Below, piece by piece: positions 27,201-37,251 of a stretch of 56,005 bases of DNA. Made by a program: the position numbers and the translations under genes. The stretch comes from Nemertoderma westbladi (Eukaryota; Animalia; Xenacoelomorpha). The notes beneath the pieces are model-generated. The model made no database searches, was not told the origin of the DNA, and was given only the letters and a program-made list of their open reading frames with translations. The DNA is taken from contig JAUCBJ010006203.1 of NCBI GenBank assembly GCA_032718475.1, positions 1 through 56,005 on the forward strand. Reading direction: 5' to 3'. The stretch's first letter is position 1; each line of letters begins with the position of its first letter.

Positions 27201-27287
27201 GGCCTGCGGCTTTAGGAGCGGCCGCGGTATTCACCTCCCTCATAGCGGCCGCGGCGGTGTTGCGTCAAATGGAGAAATATTTATCCC
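24272..27287. mobile_element. Unclassified ~3-kb AT-rich insertion inside the 45-bp array
   Basis: The array breaks at ctctacc|gagag and resumes at ttatccc|accaagcgg, giving a possible ACC duplication. There is no credible ORF and no clear TIR, but internal hairpins and a tRNA-like motif are present. Confidence 0.55.
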
Positions 27288-27433
27288 ACCAAGCGGTAAG
27301 TGTTAGACCAACAATACAGTGACATTCGCTCTACCAAGCGGTAAGTGTTAGACCAACAATACAGTGACAATCGCTCTACCAAGCGGTAAGTGTTAGACCA
27401 ACAATACAGTGACAATCGATCTACCAAGCGGTA
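27288..27433 (+). repeat. 45-bp minisatellite, ~3 copies between the two insertions
   Basis: Same unit as 11640-24271. Confidence 0.97.
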
Positions 27434-28074
27434 TAGATAGATAGATAGATAGATTTATTTACATTATGTAAAAACAATAACAAATACACCAAACAATGTA
27501 CCGGTATAAAGGTATTGTCCAACATAACATATAGGATTACCCCTAAAGCTTTGCAGCTTATTTCCAAGGGGGTCCTTTATGTTACTTGGTTACAAATACA
27601 ATATTACACTAGGCTAACCTAAAACCAATATAAAACGTAATTACACTATGTACATGTACAACTTTACCGAGAGCGTGACAATGCCCGACTCAACGATAAA
27701 GATGTAATGTACAGAACAATTTATTATAAAACGTAATTACAGTATAAATAGTAAATAATTAATAAACTAATAACTTACTGTAGGACTATTGTACCTATTT
27801 TTACATTGCACACGGAGATGAGATTTAACTGCAGATTTAAAAGAATGTTGATTATTTAGGTTTTTAATTTCATTAGGCAGAGCGTTCCAATTTTTTATGC
27901 CGTTAAAAAAGAAAGTATCAGATTCAAAGGATTTACAATTCGGGAGGTAGAAGTTTGAAGCACTAGCTCTGGTACTGTAAGAGTGTGTATCGCGTACTCT
28001 GTTGAATTTTTGTTTTAGGTAATTGGGACATTTACCATTATACACTTTATAAGTATTTAAATGTTTGTTACTTT
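27434..28074 (-). mobile_element. 5'-truncated CR1/L2-group LINE 3' end with (TCTA)n tail
   Basis: ORF 27767-28045 (..CPNYL..HSYSTR..FFFNGIKNWNALPNEIK..SFKSAVKSHL) is a typical CR1/L2-group ORF2 C-terminus. On the minus strand AATAAA is followed by a (tcta)n tail. It is flanked by gta..gta within the repeat's donor motif. Confidence 0.85.
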
Positions 28075-28416
28075 GTAAGTGTTAGACCAACAATACAGTG
28101 ACAATCGCTCTACCAAGCGGTAAGTGTTAGACCAACAATACAGTGGCATTCGCTCTACCAAGCGGTAAGTGTTAGACCAACAATACAGTGACATTCGCTC
28201 TACCAAGCGGTAAGTGTTAGACCAACAATACAGTTACAATCGCTCTACCAAGCGGTAAGTGTTAGACCAACAATACAGTGACATTCGCTCTACCAAGCGG
28301 TAAGTGTTAGACCAACAATACAGTGACATTCGCTCTACCAAGCGGTAAGTGTTAGACCAACAATACAGTGACATTCGCTCTACCAAGCGGTAAGTGTTAG
28401 ACCAACAATACAGTTA
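28075..28416 (+). repeat. 45-bp minisatellite, final ~7.5 copies ending ~33 nt before the acceptor of exon B
   Basis: Same unit; the last gtaagt is at 28390. Confidence 0.97.
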
Positions 28417-28449
28417 TCAACTAAACTGTTAACTCTGTTGCTGTTATAG

Positions 28450-28717
28450 AAATCTCGGAAATGAGTCAATGGATCCGGGCTAAGCTGTTGGGAGATATAG
28501 TGGACCAGGAAGTGCAGAAGGAGTTGGATTCCAGCCGAATAATCAACTGGAGTCGCGAGCTCACGGGTCGTCTGGGCAGTCGGTTGTACGCGCTGTGGAA
28601 CCGGACGGCGGGGGACTGTCTACTGGACTCGGTGCTGCAGGCCACCTGGGGAATCTTCGACAAAGAAAATGTGCTGAGACGGGCTCTGGCGGATAGTCTA
28701 CTAGAAGCCGGAATCAA
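28450..28717 (+). CDS. ZRANB1: ZRANB1/Trabid exon B (OTU catalytic Cys box)
   Basis: tatag|AA acceptor; EISEMSQWIRAKLLGDIVDQEVQKELD..IINWSRELTGRLGSRLYALWNRTAGDCLLDSVLQATWGIFDK..; catalytic Cys codon at 28617-28619; AA|gtaagt donor. Confidence 0.97.
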
Positions 28718-29288
28718 GTAAGTCGTTCGTCACGTTTATTTATACAGAATCTTATAATGAAATTATTTATAATTTAATGTTTGAACTCGGCACATTAATT
28801 TTTGTCGAAATTCTATTTGTTATTTCTCTTATATTTTATTTGGCTTTACCTTTTTGGAGACAACCTCCATTTTTTGTAGGTTTAAAATACCTACTAACTT
28901 AGTTGGTATGCATTGGAATTAGTAAGTTCTTATGATATTTTTCATGGCAGAAATTGAAATTTGAAAAATGACTCCGTCATTTATTCAATAAATTCGTTTG
29001 AAATGTTCAGAGAATGGTCTTGATATATTGACCTATAAAACTTCTAGACAGATGTTTGACATTTTGATCTGAAGTGTAATGTAAACTACAAAAATTGTAT
29101 TTTATTATGGGCCGATAATTTTTCAAATTTTCGGCCTAAAACAAAACTTTCACTCAAATTCTGTTTACAAGTTTTATTGATTAATAAATGACGGATAAGT
29201 TACATTTTGAGTGAATCAAAAACGATAAGTAATAATTTATAATGATGCGATGGTGTCAAAATGTTATTAAAATTTTAAAAATTTATAG

Positions 29289-29533
29289 GTTCTACGCTAG
29301 ATGGCGTGAGTACGAGATCCTCCAGGCCGATATGCTGCAGTACAGCTGGAATAACGCCCAATGGGAGGCCGAGTGGACCATACAGCTAAGTCTAGCCACC
29401 CAACCAGGATCGGCGCTCGAGCAGCTGCATATATTCGCGTTGGCCCACATACTGCGTCGACCAATCATAGTCTACGGGGTGAAACTCGTTAAGAGTTTCA
29501 GGGGGGAAACCCTGGGGTTCGCTCGATTCGAAG
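29289..29533 (+). CDS. ZRANB1: ZRANB1/Trabid exon C (OTU)
   Basis: tatag|G acceptor; FYARWREYE..SLATQPGSALEQLHIFALAHILRRPIIVYGVKLVKSFRGETLGFARFE; G|gtgagt donor. Confidence 0.97.
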
Positions 29534-29639
29534 GTGAGTCTGATACTAACGTGGTACCACCCCATGGTACTACGGTGACATGGTGCCGTGGTTCCACCCC
29601 ACCGTACTGCGGTGGCGCGGTGTCGTAGTACCATGAGGT

Positions 29640-31545
29640 GGCACCAGTCACCCCAGTACGATGGGGTGGTTCCGTGGCACCCCAGTACGATGGGGTGGTT
29701 CCGCGGCCCCGTGCCACCCCAGTACGATGGGGTGGTTCCGCGGCCCCGTGCCACCCCAGTACGATGGGGTGGTTCCGCGGCCCCGTGCCACCCCAGTACG
29801 ATGGGGTGGTACCGCGGCCCCGTGCCACCCCAGTACGATGGGGTGGTACCGCGGCCCCGTGCCACCCCAGTACGATGGGGTGGTACCGCGGCCCCGTGCC
29901 ACCCCAGTACGATGGGGTGGTACCGCGGCCCCGTGCCACCCCAGTACGATGGGGGTGGTACCGCGGCCCCGTGCCACCCCAGTACGATGGGGTGGTTCCG
30001 CGGCCCCGTGCCACCCCAGTACGATGGGGTGGTACCGCGGCCCCGTGCCACCCCAGTACGATGGGGTGGTACCGCGGCCCCGTGCCACCCCAGTACGATG
30101 GGGTGGTACCGCGGCACCGTGCCACCCCAGTACGATGGGGTGGTTCCGCGGCCCCGTGCCACCCCAGTACGATGGGGTGGTTCCGCGGCCCCGTGCCACC
30201 CCAGTACGATGGGGTGGTACCGCGGCCCCGTGCCACCCCAGTACGATGGGGTGGTACCGCGGCCCCGTGCCACCCCAGTACGATGGGGTGGTTCCGCGGC
30301 CCCGTGCCACCCCAGTACGATGGGGTGGTACCGCGGCCCCGTGCCACCCCAGTACGATGGGGTGGTACCGCGGCCCCGTGCCACCCCAGTACGATGGGGT
30401 GGTACCGCGGCCCCGTGCCACCCCAGTACGATGGGGTGGTACCGCGGCCCCGTGCCACCCCAGTACGATGGGGTGGTACCGCGGCACCGTGCCACCCCAG
30501 TACGATGGGGTGGTTCCGCGGCCCCGTGCCACCCCAGTACGATGGGGTGGTTCCGCGGCCCCGTGCCACCCCAGTACGATGGGGTGGTACCGCGGCCCCG
30601 TGCCACCCCAGTACGATGGGGTGGTACCGCGGCCCCGTGGCACCCCAGTACGATGGGGTGGTTCCGCGGCCCCGTGCCACCCCAGTACGATGGGGTGGTT
30701 CCGCGGCCCCGTGCCACCCCAGTACGATGGGGTGGTTCCGCGGCCACGTGCCACCCCAGTACGATGGGGTGGTACCGCGGCTCCGTGCCACCCCAGTACG
30801 ATGGGGTGGTACCGCGGCCCCGTGCCACCCCAGTACGATGGGGTGGTACCGCGGCACCGTGCCACCCCAGTACGATGGGGTGGTACCGCGGCCCCGTGCC
30901 ACCCCAGTACGATGGGGTGGTACCGCGGACCCGTGCCACCCCAGTACGATGGGGTGGTACCGCGGCCCCGTGCCACCCCTGTGCGATGAGGTGGTTCCGC
31001 GGCCCCGTGCCACCCCAGTACGATGGGGTGGTTCCGCGGCCCCGTGCCACCCCAGTACGATGGGGTGGTACCGCGGCCCCGTGCCACCCCAGTACGATGG
31101 GGTGGTATCGCGGCCCCGTGCCACCCCAGTGCGATGGGGTGGTTCCGCGGCCCCGTGCCACTCCAGTACGATGGGGTGGTACCGCGGCCCCGTGCCACCC
31201 CAGTACGATGGGGTGGTTCCGTGCCACCCCAGTACGATGGGGTGGTACCGCGGCCCCGTGCCACCCCAGTACGATGGGGTGGTATCGCGGCCCCGTGCCA
31301 CCCCAGTGCGATGGGGTGGTTCCGCGGCCCCGTGCCACTCCAGTACGATGGGGTGGTACCGCGGCCCCGTGCCACCCCAGTACGATGGGGTGGTACCGCG
31401 GCCCCGTGCCACCCCAGTACGATGGGGTGGTATCGCGGCCCCGTGCCACCCCAGTGCGATGGGGTGGTTCCGCGGCCCCGTGGCACCCCAGTACGATGGG
31501 GTGGTTCCGCGACCCCGTGCCACCCCAGTACGATGGCGCGGTACC
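29640..31545. repeat. 37-bp GC-rich hairpin minisatellite (~51 copies)
   Basis: Unit gtgccaccccagtacgatggggtggWccgcggcccc, with degenerate copies from ~29551. Confidence 0.97.
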
Positions 31546-31679
31546 ACGCCACCGCAGTAACGGTGGGTGTTGGCACCACAAATACTTGAGCGTACAAATT
31601 TAGTAATCAAATTGTTTTTTTTTCTCAATACATTAAAAATCTGTCGAACAATTTCCTTATCCCTCTGCTATTAAATTCA

Positions 31680-33350
31680 ATGTGGGGCGAGCCACGAAGT
31701 TGGCGGAGCCTTAGCGAATTGACACTGTTAGGGGGTGGGTCAATTTATGCAAATAGTTGTCGTCGTCGTCGTCGTCGTCGTTGTCGTCGTCGTCGTCGTC
31801 GTCGTTGTCGTCGTCGTCGTCGTTACGATTTTGACATGCTAATAACTTTGTCGGATTTAAAGCTGCCAAGTTGAAAATTTGTAGGTATCAATATGAGCAA
31901 AAGTTGAGATTTTTGAGAGACTTTCAGACACCATCAGTGCAATGGTCTCCCGCTAGAGGGCCACATGTCTAAACATTAAATGCCCTCCCATTTCTTTGCT
32001 TTTAATCCGTTTAAGCTGAAACTTGGCAGATATGTATTAGACCATTAGCTGTGACTTTCAAAGGAGGCGAATCCATCTGCAGTTCTCCAGTCTGCCGCTA
32101 GAGGGCCAAAGGTCTGAAAGTGAAATCGTTGTCGTCGTTACGATTTTGACATGCTAATAACTTTGTCGGATTTAAAGCTGCCAAGTTGAAAATTTGTAGG
32201 TATCAATATGAGCTAAAGTTGAGATTTTTGAGAGACTTTCAGACACCATCAGTGCAATGGTCTCCCGCTAGAGGGCCACATTTCTAAACATTAAATGCCC
32301 TCCCATTTCTTTGCTTTTAATCCGTTTAAGCTGAAACTTGGCAGATATGTATTAGACCATTAGCTGTGACTTTCAAAGGAGGCGAATCCATCTGCAGTTC
32401 TCCAGTCTGCCGCTAGAGGGCCAAAGGTCTGAAAGTGAAATCGTTGTCGTCGTTACGATTTTGACATGCTAATAACTTTGTCGGATTAAAGCTGCCAAGT
32501 TGAAAATTTGTAGGTATCAATATGAGCTAAAGTTGAGATTTTTGAGAGACTTTCAGACACCATCAGTGCAATGGTCTCCCGCTAGAGGGCCACATGTCTA
32601 AACATTAAATGCCCTCCCATTTCTTTGCTTTTAATCCGTTTAAGCTGAAACTTGGCAGATATGTATTAGACCATTAGCTGTGACTTTCAAAGGAGGCGAA
32701 TCCATCTGCAGTTCTCCAGTCTGCCGCTAGAGGGCCAAATGTCTGAAAGTGAAATCGTTGTCGTCGTTATGATATTGACATGCTTATAACTTTGTCGAAT
32801 TTAAAGCTGCCAAGTTGAAAATTTGTTTTGTTGAAAATCAGTTCAACAGTCACCCGCTATAGGACTACTTTATGCCTGAAAGTGAATAGATTCTCCCGTC
32901 TCATTGATTTTAATCAGTTTAAGCTGAATCTTGCCATATATTCTGGACCACATGCTGCGTCTTTGTGGGGGGGGGGGGGGGGGGGGAGATTTAATCGGTC
33001 TGCCGCTATACGACGAAATTTCTGAAAGTGAGATCCGTCTCTCATTTCGTTATCCGTTATTCAAGATGAAACTTGGCCGATGTACGTATGTACTATTCAT
33101 CCATAGGCTGTGTCTTTGTGGGGCTGGAGACCCTAATCCATCTTCAGTTCTCACTATACCGCTAGAGTCAGAAATGTCTGAATAGAAATGAAAGAGGTAA
33201 AAAGTGATTAGGCGAAATCTGCTTAAAATTTGCTAATACAGTAATACTTTCGAATTAGTACTTAAATTAAATTTAAGTCACGTGCTGCGCGAAGGCCCCA
33301 CTTCGTGTAACCGTATTGTAGGTAAGGAGGTAACCAGCAATTAATAGTTC
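31680..33350 (+). mobile_element. Putative non-autonomous Helentron-type (HINE/DINE-1-like) element
   Basis: Short subterminal inverted motif (gtggggc near 31682 / gccccac near 33295), a (GTC)n microsatellite at 31757-31823, then ~3.2 copies of a ~315-bp central tandem repeat. This layout is typical of DINE-1-like elements. Boundaries are approximate. Confidence 0.5.
31816..32826. repeat. ~315-bp tandem repeat, ~3.2 copies
   Basis: gtcgtcgttacgattttgacatgctaataactttgtcgga recurs at ~31816, 32131, 32446 and 32760. Confidence 0.95.
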
Positions 33351-33375
33351 AGTTATGTTTAATTCCCTTCTGTAG

Positions 33376-34745
33376 TCTACTACTACTACTACTACACGGT
33401 TTCTACTTACTGACTACAGGGTATCTACTTTCTGACTACACGGTTTCTACTTACTGACTACAGGGTATCTACTTTCTGACTACAGGGTGTCTACTTACTG
33501 ACTACACGGTTTCTACTTACTGACTACAGGGTATCTACTTTCTGACTACACGGTTTCTACTTACTGACTACAGGGTATCTACTTTCTGACTACATGGTGT
33601 CTACTTACTGACTACAGGGTGTCTACTTACTGACTACACGGTTTCTACTTACTGACTACAGGGTATCTACTTTCTGACTACATGGTGTCTACTTACTGAC
33701 TACAGGGTGTCTACTTACTGACTACAGGGTGTCTACTTACTGACTACAGGGTGTGTCTCCTTACTGACTACATGGTGTGTCTACTTACTGACTACAGGGT
33801 ATCTACTTTCTGACTACATGGTGTCTACTTACTGACTACAGGGTGTCTACTTGCTGACTACAGGGTGTCTACTTACTGACTACATGGTGTCTACCTACTG
33901 ACTACAGGGTGTCTACTTACTGACTACAGGGTGTCTACTTACTGACTACACGGTGTCTACTTACTGACTATATTGTGTCTACTTACTGACTACAGGGTGT
34001 CTACTTACTGACTATATTGTGTCTACTTACTGACTACAGGGTGTCTACTTACTGACTACATGGTGTCTACTTACTGACTACAGGGTATCTACTTTCTGAC
34101 TACAGGGTGTGTCTACTTACTGACTACATGGTGTCTACCTACTGACTACAGGGTGTCTACTTACTGACTACAGGGTGTCTACATACTGACTACACGTTGT
34201 CTACTTACTGACTATATTGTGTCTACTTACTGACTACAGGGTGTCTACTTGCGGACTACAGGGTGTCTACTTACTGACTATATTGTGTCTACTTACTGAC
34301 TACAGGGTGTCTACTTACTGACTACATGGTGTCTACTTACTGACTACAGGGTATCTACTTTCTTACTACATGGTGTCTACTTACTGACTACAGGGTGTCT
34401 ACTTACTGACTACAGGCTGTCTACTTATTGACTACATGGTGTCTACTTACTGGCTACAGTGTGTCTACTTACTGACTACAGGGTGTCTACTTACTGACTG
34501 CAGGGTGTCTACTTACTGACTACAGGGTTTACTACTTACTGACTACAGGGTTTACTACTTACTGACTACAGGGTTTACTACTTACTGACTACAGGGTATC
34601 TACTTACTGAATACAGGTTGTGTCTACTTACTGACTACAGTGTTTACTACTTACTGATTACAGGGTGTCTACTTACTGACTACAGTGTGTGTCTACTGAC
34701 TGACTACAGGGTTTACTACACACTGATTACAGGGTGTCTACTTAC
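33376..34745 (+). repeat. 22-bp minisatellite (~60 copies) containing TACTGAC, TACAG and the first bases of exon D
   Basis: Unit gtctacttactgactacagggt; exon D begins gtgtctacttac. Confidence 0.95.
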
Positions 34746-35289
34746 TGTCTACTTGTATCTACTTACTCTCCTCCTTCAGGTGACGTCTACTTACTGTCTA
34801 CTTGTATCTACAGTACTTACTGCCCTCCCTCAGGTGTCTACTTACTGTCTACTTGTATCTACAGTACTTACTCTCCTCCCTTAGGTGTCTACTTGTATCT
34901 ACATACTCTGATCAGATGTCTACTTACTGTCTACTTGTATCTACTTACTCTCCTCCTTCAGGTGACGTCTACTTACTGTCTACTTGTATCTACAGTACTT
35001 ACTGCCCTCCCTCAGGTGTCTACTTACTGTCTACTTGTATCTACAGCACTTACTCTCTTCCCTCAGGTGTCTACTTGTATCTACAGCACTTACTCTCTTC
35101 CCTCAGGTACTTGTATTACTTGTGTTACTTGTATCTACATACTCTGATCAGATGTCTACTTACTGTCTACTTGTATCTACTTACTCTCCTCAGGTGTCTA
35201 CTTACTGTCTACTTGTATCTACTTACTCTCCTCAGTTGTCTACTTACTGTCTACTTGTATCTACTTACTCTCCTCAGGTGTCTACTTAC
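34734..35289 (+). repeat. Compound 42-54-bp repeats spanning the exon D acceptor
   Basis: About 12 YAG sites of the type ctcctcag|gtgtctacttac. The last three units are exactly 42 bp, with AG at 35151, 35193, 35235 and 35277. Confidence 0.92.
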
Positions 35290-35507
35290 CACTCATGTGG
35301 GAGGTGAACTTCTGTATTCCCAGCGTGATCTGTCTCGGTTACACACGGGGCCACTTCTCTGCTCTCGTTGCTATGGAGGTTGACACTAGCGATAACTTGG
35401 GTGCCAGCGCTAACCTAGCTGACGACAAGAACGAACAGATAATGTTCCTACCCTTGACTGACTATCAGGGACAACTACTGCCTATACACTTCCTCACAAT
35501 GGAAGAG
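35278..35507 (+). CDS. ZRANB1: ZRANB1/Trabid exon D (OTU catalytic His box)
   Basis: ctcctcag|GT acceptor; GVYLPLMWEVNFCIPSVICLGYTRGHFSALVAME..GASANL..FLPLTDYQGQLLPIHFLTMEE; His codon at 35352-35354; GAG|gttagt donor. Confidence 0.96.
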
Positions 35508-35569
35508 GTTAGTTAAATAATGCCCTAAGTTAAATGATACCCTGTTAAATGATAGCAATGCCACACAAT

Positions 35570-36788
35570 GTTATGCCTCTTCCCTCTAGATGGCGCATCA
35601 CCGCATCTAGATGGCGCATCATCTAGGTGCCAAACAATGTTCTGTCTCTTCTCTCTAGATGGTGCATAGCAGTGCAACACAATGTTTTGTCTCTTCCCTC
35701 TAGATGGCGCATAGCAGTGCCATACATTGTTCTGTATCTTCCCTCTAGAGGGCGATTAGCAGTGCCACAGAATATTATGTCTCTTCCCTCTAGATGGCGC
35801 ATAGCAGTGCCATACATTGTTCTGTATCTTCCCTCTAGATGGCGCATAGCAGTGCCATACATTGTTCTGTATCTTCCCTCTAGATGGCGCATAGCAGTGC
35901 CATACATTGTTCTGTATCTTCCCTCTAGATGACGCATAGCAGTGCCATACAATGTTCTGTCTCTTCCCTCTAGATGGCGCATAGCAGTGCCATACATTGT
36001 TCTGTATCTTCCCTCTAGATGGCGCATAGCAGTGCCATACATTGTTCTGTATCTCCCCTCTAGATGGCGCATAGCAGTGCCATACATTGTTCTGTATCTT
36101 CCCTCTAGATGGCGCATAGCAGTGCCATACATTGTTCTGTATCTTCCCTCTAGAGGGCGATTAGCAGTGCCACAGAATATTATGTCTCTTCCCTCTAGAT
36201 GGCGCATAGCAGTGCCATACATTGTTCTGTATCTTCCCTCTAGATGGCGCATAGCAGTGCCATACATTGTTCTGTATCTTCCCTCTAGATGGCGCATAGC
36301 AGTGCCATACATTGTTCTGTATCTTCCCTCTAGATGACGCATAGCAGTGCCATACAATGTTCTGTCTCTTCCCTCTAGATGGCGCATAGCAGTGCCATAC
36401 ATTGTTCTGTATCTTCCCTCTAGATGGCGCATAGCAGTGCCATACATTGTTCTGTATCTTCCCTCTAGATGGCGCATAGCAGTGCCATACATTGTTCTGT
36501 ATCTTCCCTCTAGATGGCGCATAGCAGTGCCATACATTGTTCTGTATCTTCCCTCTAGATGGCGCATAGCAGTGCCATACATTGTTCTGTATCTTCCCTC
36601 TAGATGACGCATAGCAGTGCCATACAATGTTCTGTCTCTTCCCTCTAGATGGCGCATAGCAGTGCCATACATTGTTCTGTATCTTCCCTCTAGATGGCGC
36701 TTAGCAGTGCCATACATTGTTCTGTATCTTCCCTCTAGATGGCGCATAGCAGTGCCATACATTGTTCTGTATCTTCCCTCTAGATGGC
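35570..36788. repeat. 45-bp minisatellite (~27 copies)
   Basis: Unit ctagatggcgcatagcagtgccatacattgttctgtatcttccct. Confidence 0.97.
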
Positions 36789-36792
36789 TAGT

Positions 36793-36970
36793 CTAGTTAG
36801 CTAGACAAGCTTCCCACCCCCCACTCATAGTTTGATTAATACTGGTTGTGTTTGGGATCTAGAGTTAGCTAGACAAGCTTCCCACCCCCACTCATAGTTT
36901 GATTAATACTGGTTGTATTTGGGATCTAGCATTAGCTAGACAAGCTTCCCACCCCCCACTCATAGTTTGA
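36793..36970. repeat. ~67-bp tandem repeat, ~2.6 copies
   Basis: ttagctagacaagcttcccacccccactcatagtttga occurs three times. Confidence 0.85.
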
Positions 36971-37090
36971 ACTTGAAAGTAATGCCCGCTATGTTCCGGG
37001 CTCGGAATATTAACTACAAAACTTTCATCCAAAAACACCACCATATTAAATCTTTGAGAAAGTGACTATAGCTGACTGATATTCTTCCAG

Positions 37091-37251
37091 AGAGGACACG
37101 AGGAACAACTATTGAGACGATGGTTGGATTGTAGTGTCACTGAAGGTGGTCTATTAGTTGCTAAGCAACGCATTAGTCCGAAGCCATCTTGTGTCCGTCT
37201 GATGGTAGATGAATGGTTCAACCGATATCGGAACCTAACAGTGTCCGCACG
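37091..37251 (+). CDS. ZRANB1: ZRANB1/Trabid exon E
   Basis: ttccag|AGA acceptor (phase 0); RGHEEQLLRRWLDCSVTEGGLLVAKQR..VRLMVDEWFNRYRNLTVSAR, resembling Trabid LLREWLDCCVTEGGVLVAMQ..MVEKWLDRYR; CG|gtaagt donor. It is absent from the ORF track. Confidence 0.95.

Noticed and set aside
29640-31545. CRISPR array (37-bp hairpin repeat; also the 38- and 37-bp arrays downstream)
   Set aside because: Units are head-to-tail with no unique spacers, there are no cas genes, and the context is a spliced eukaryotic gene.
29392-31628. Six overlapping 440-730-aa ORFs
   Set aside because: They result from a stop-free 37-bp unit cycling through frames, inside an intron of a conserved gene.
35623-36762. 379-aa minus-strand repeat protein
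   Set aside because: It is a translation of the 45-bp minisatellite and is confined to the array.
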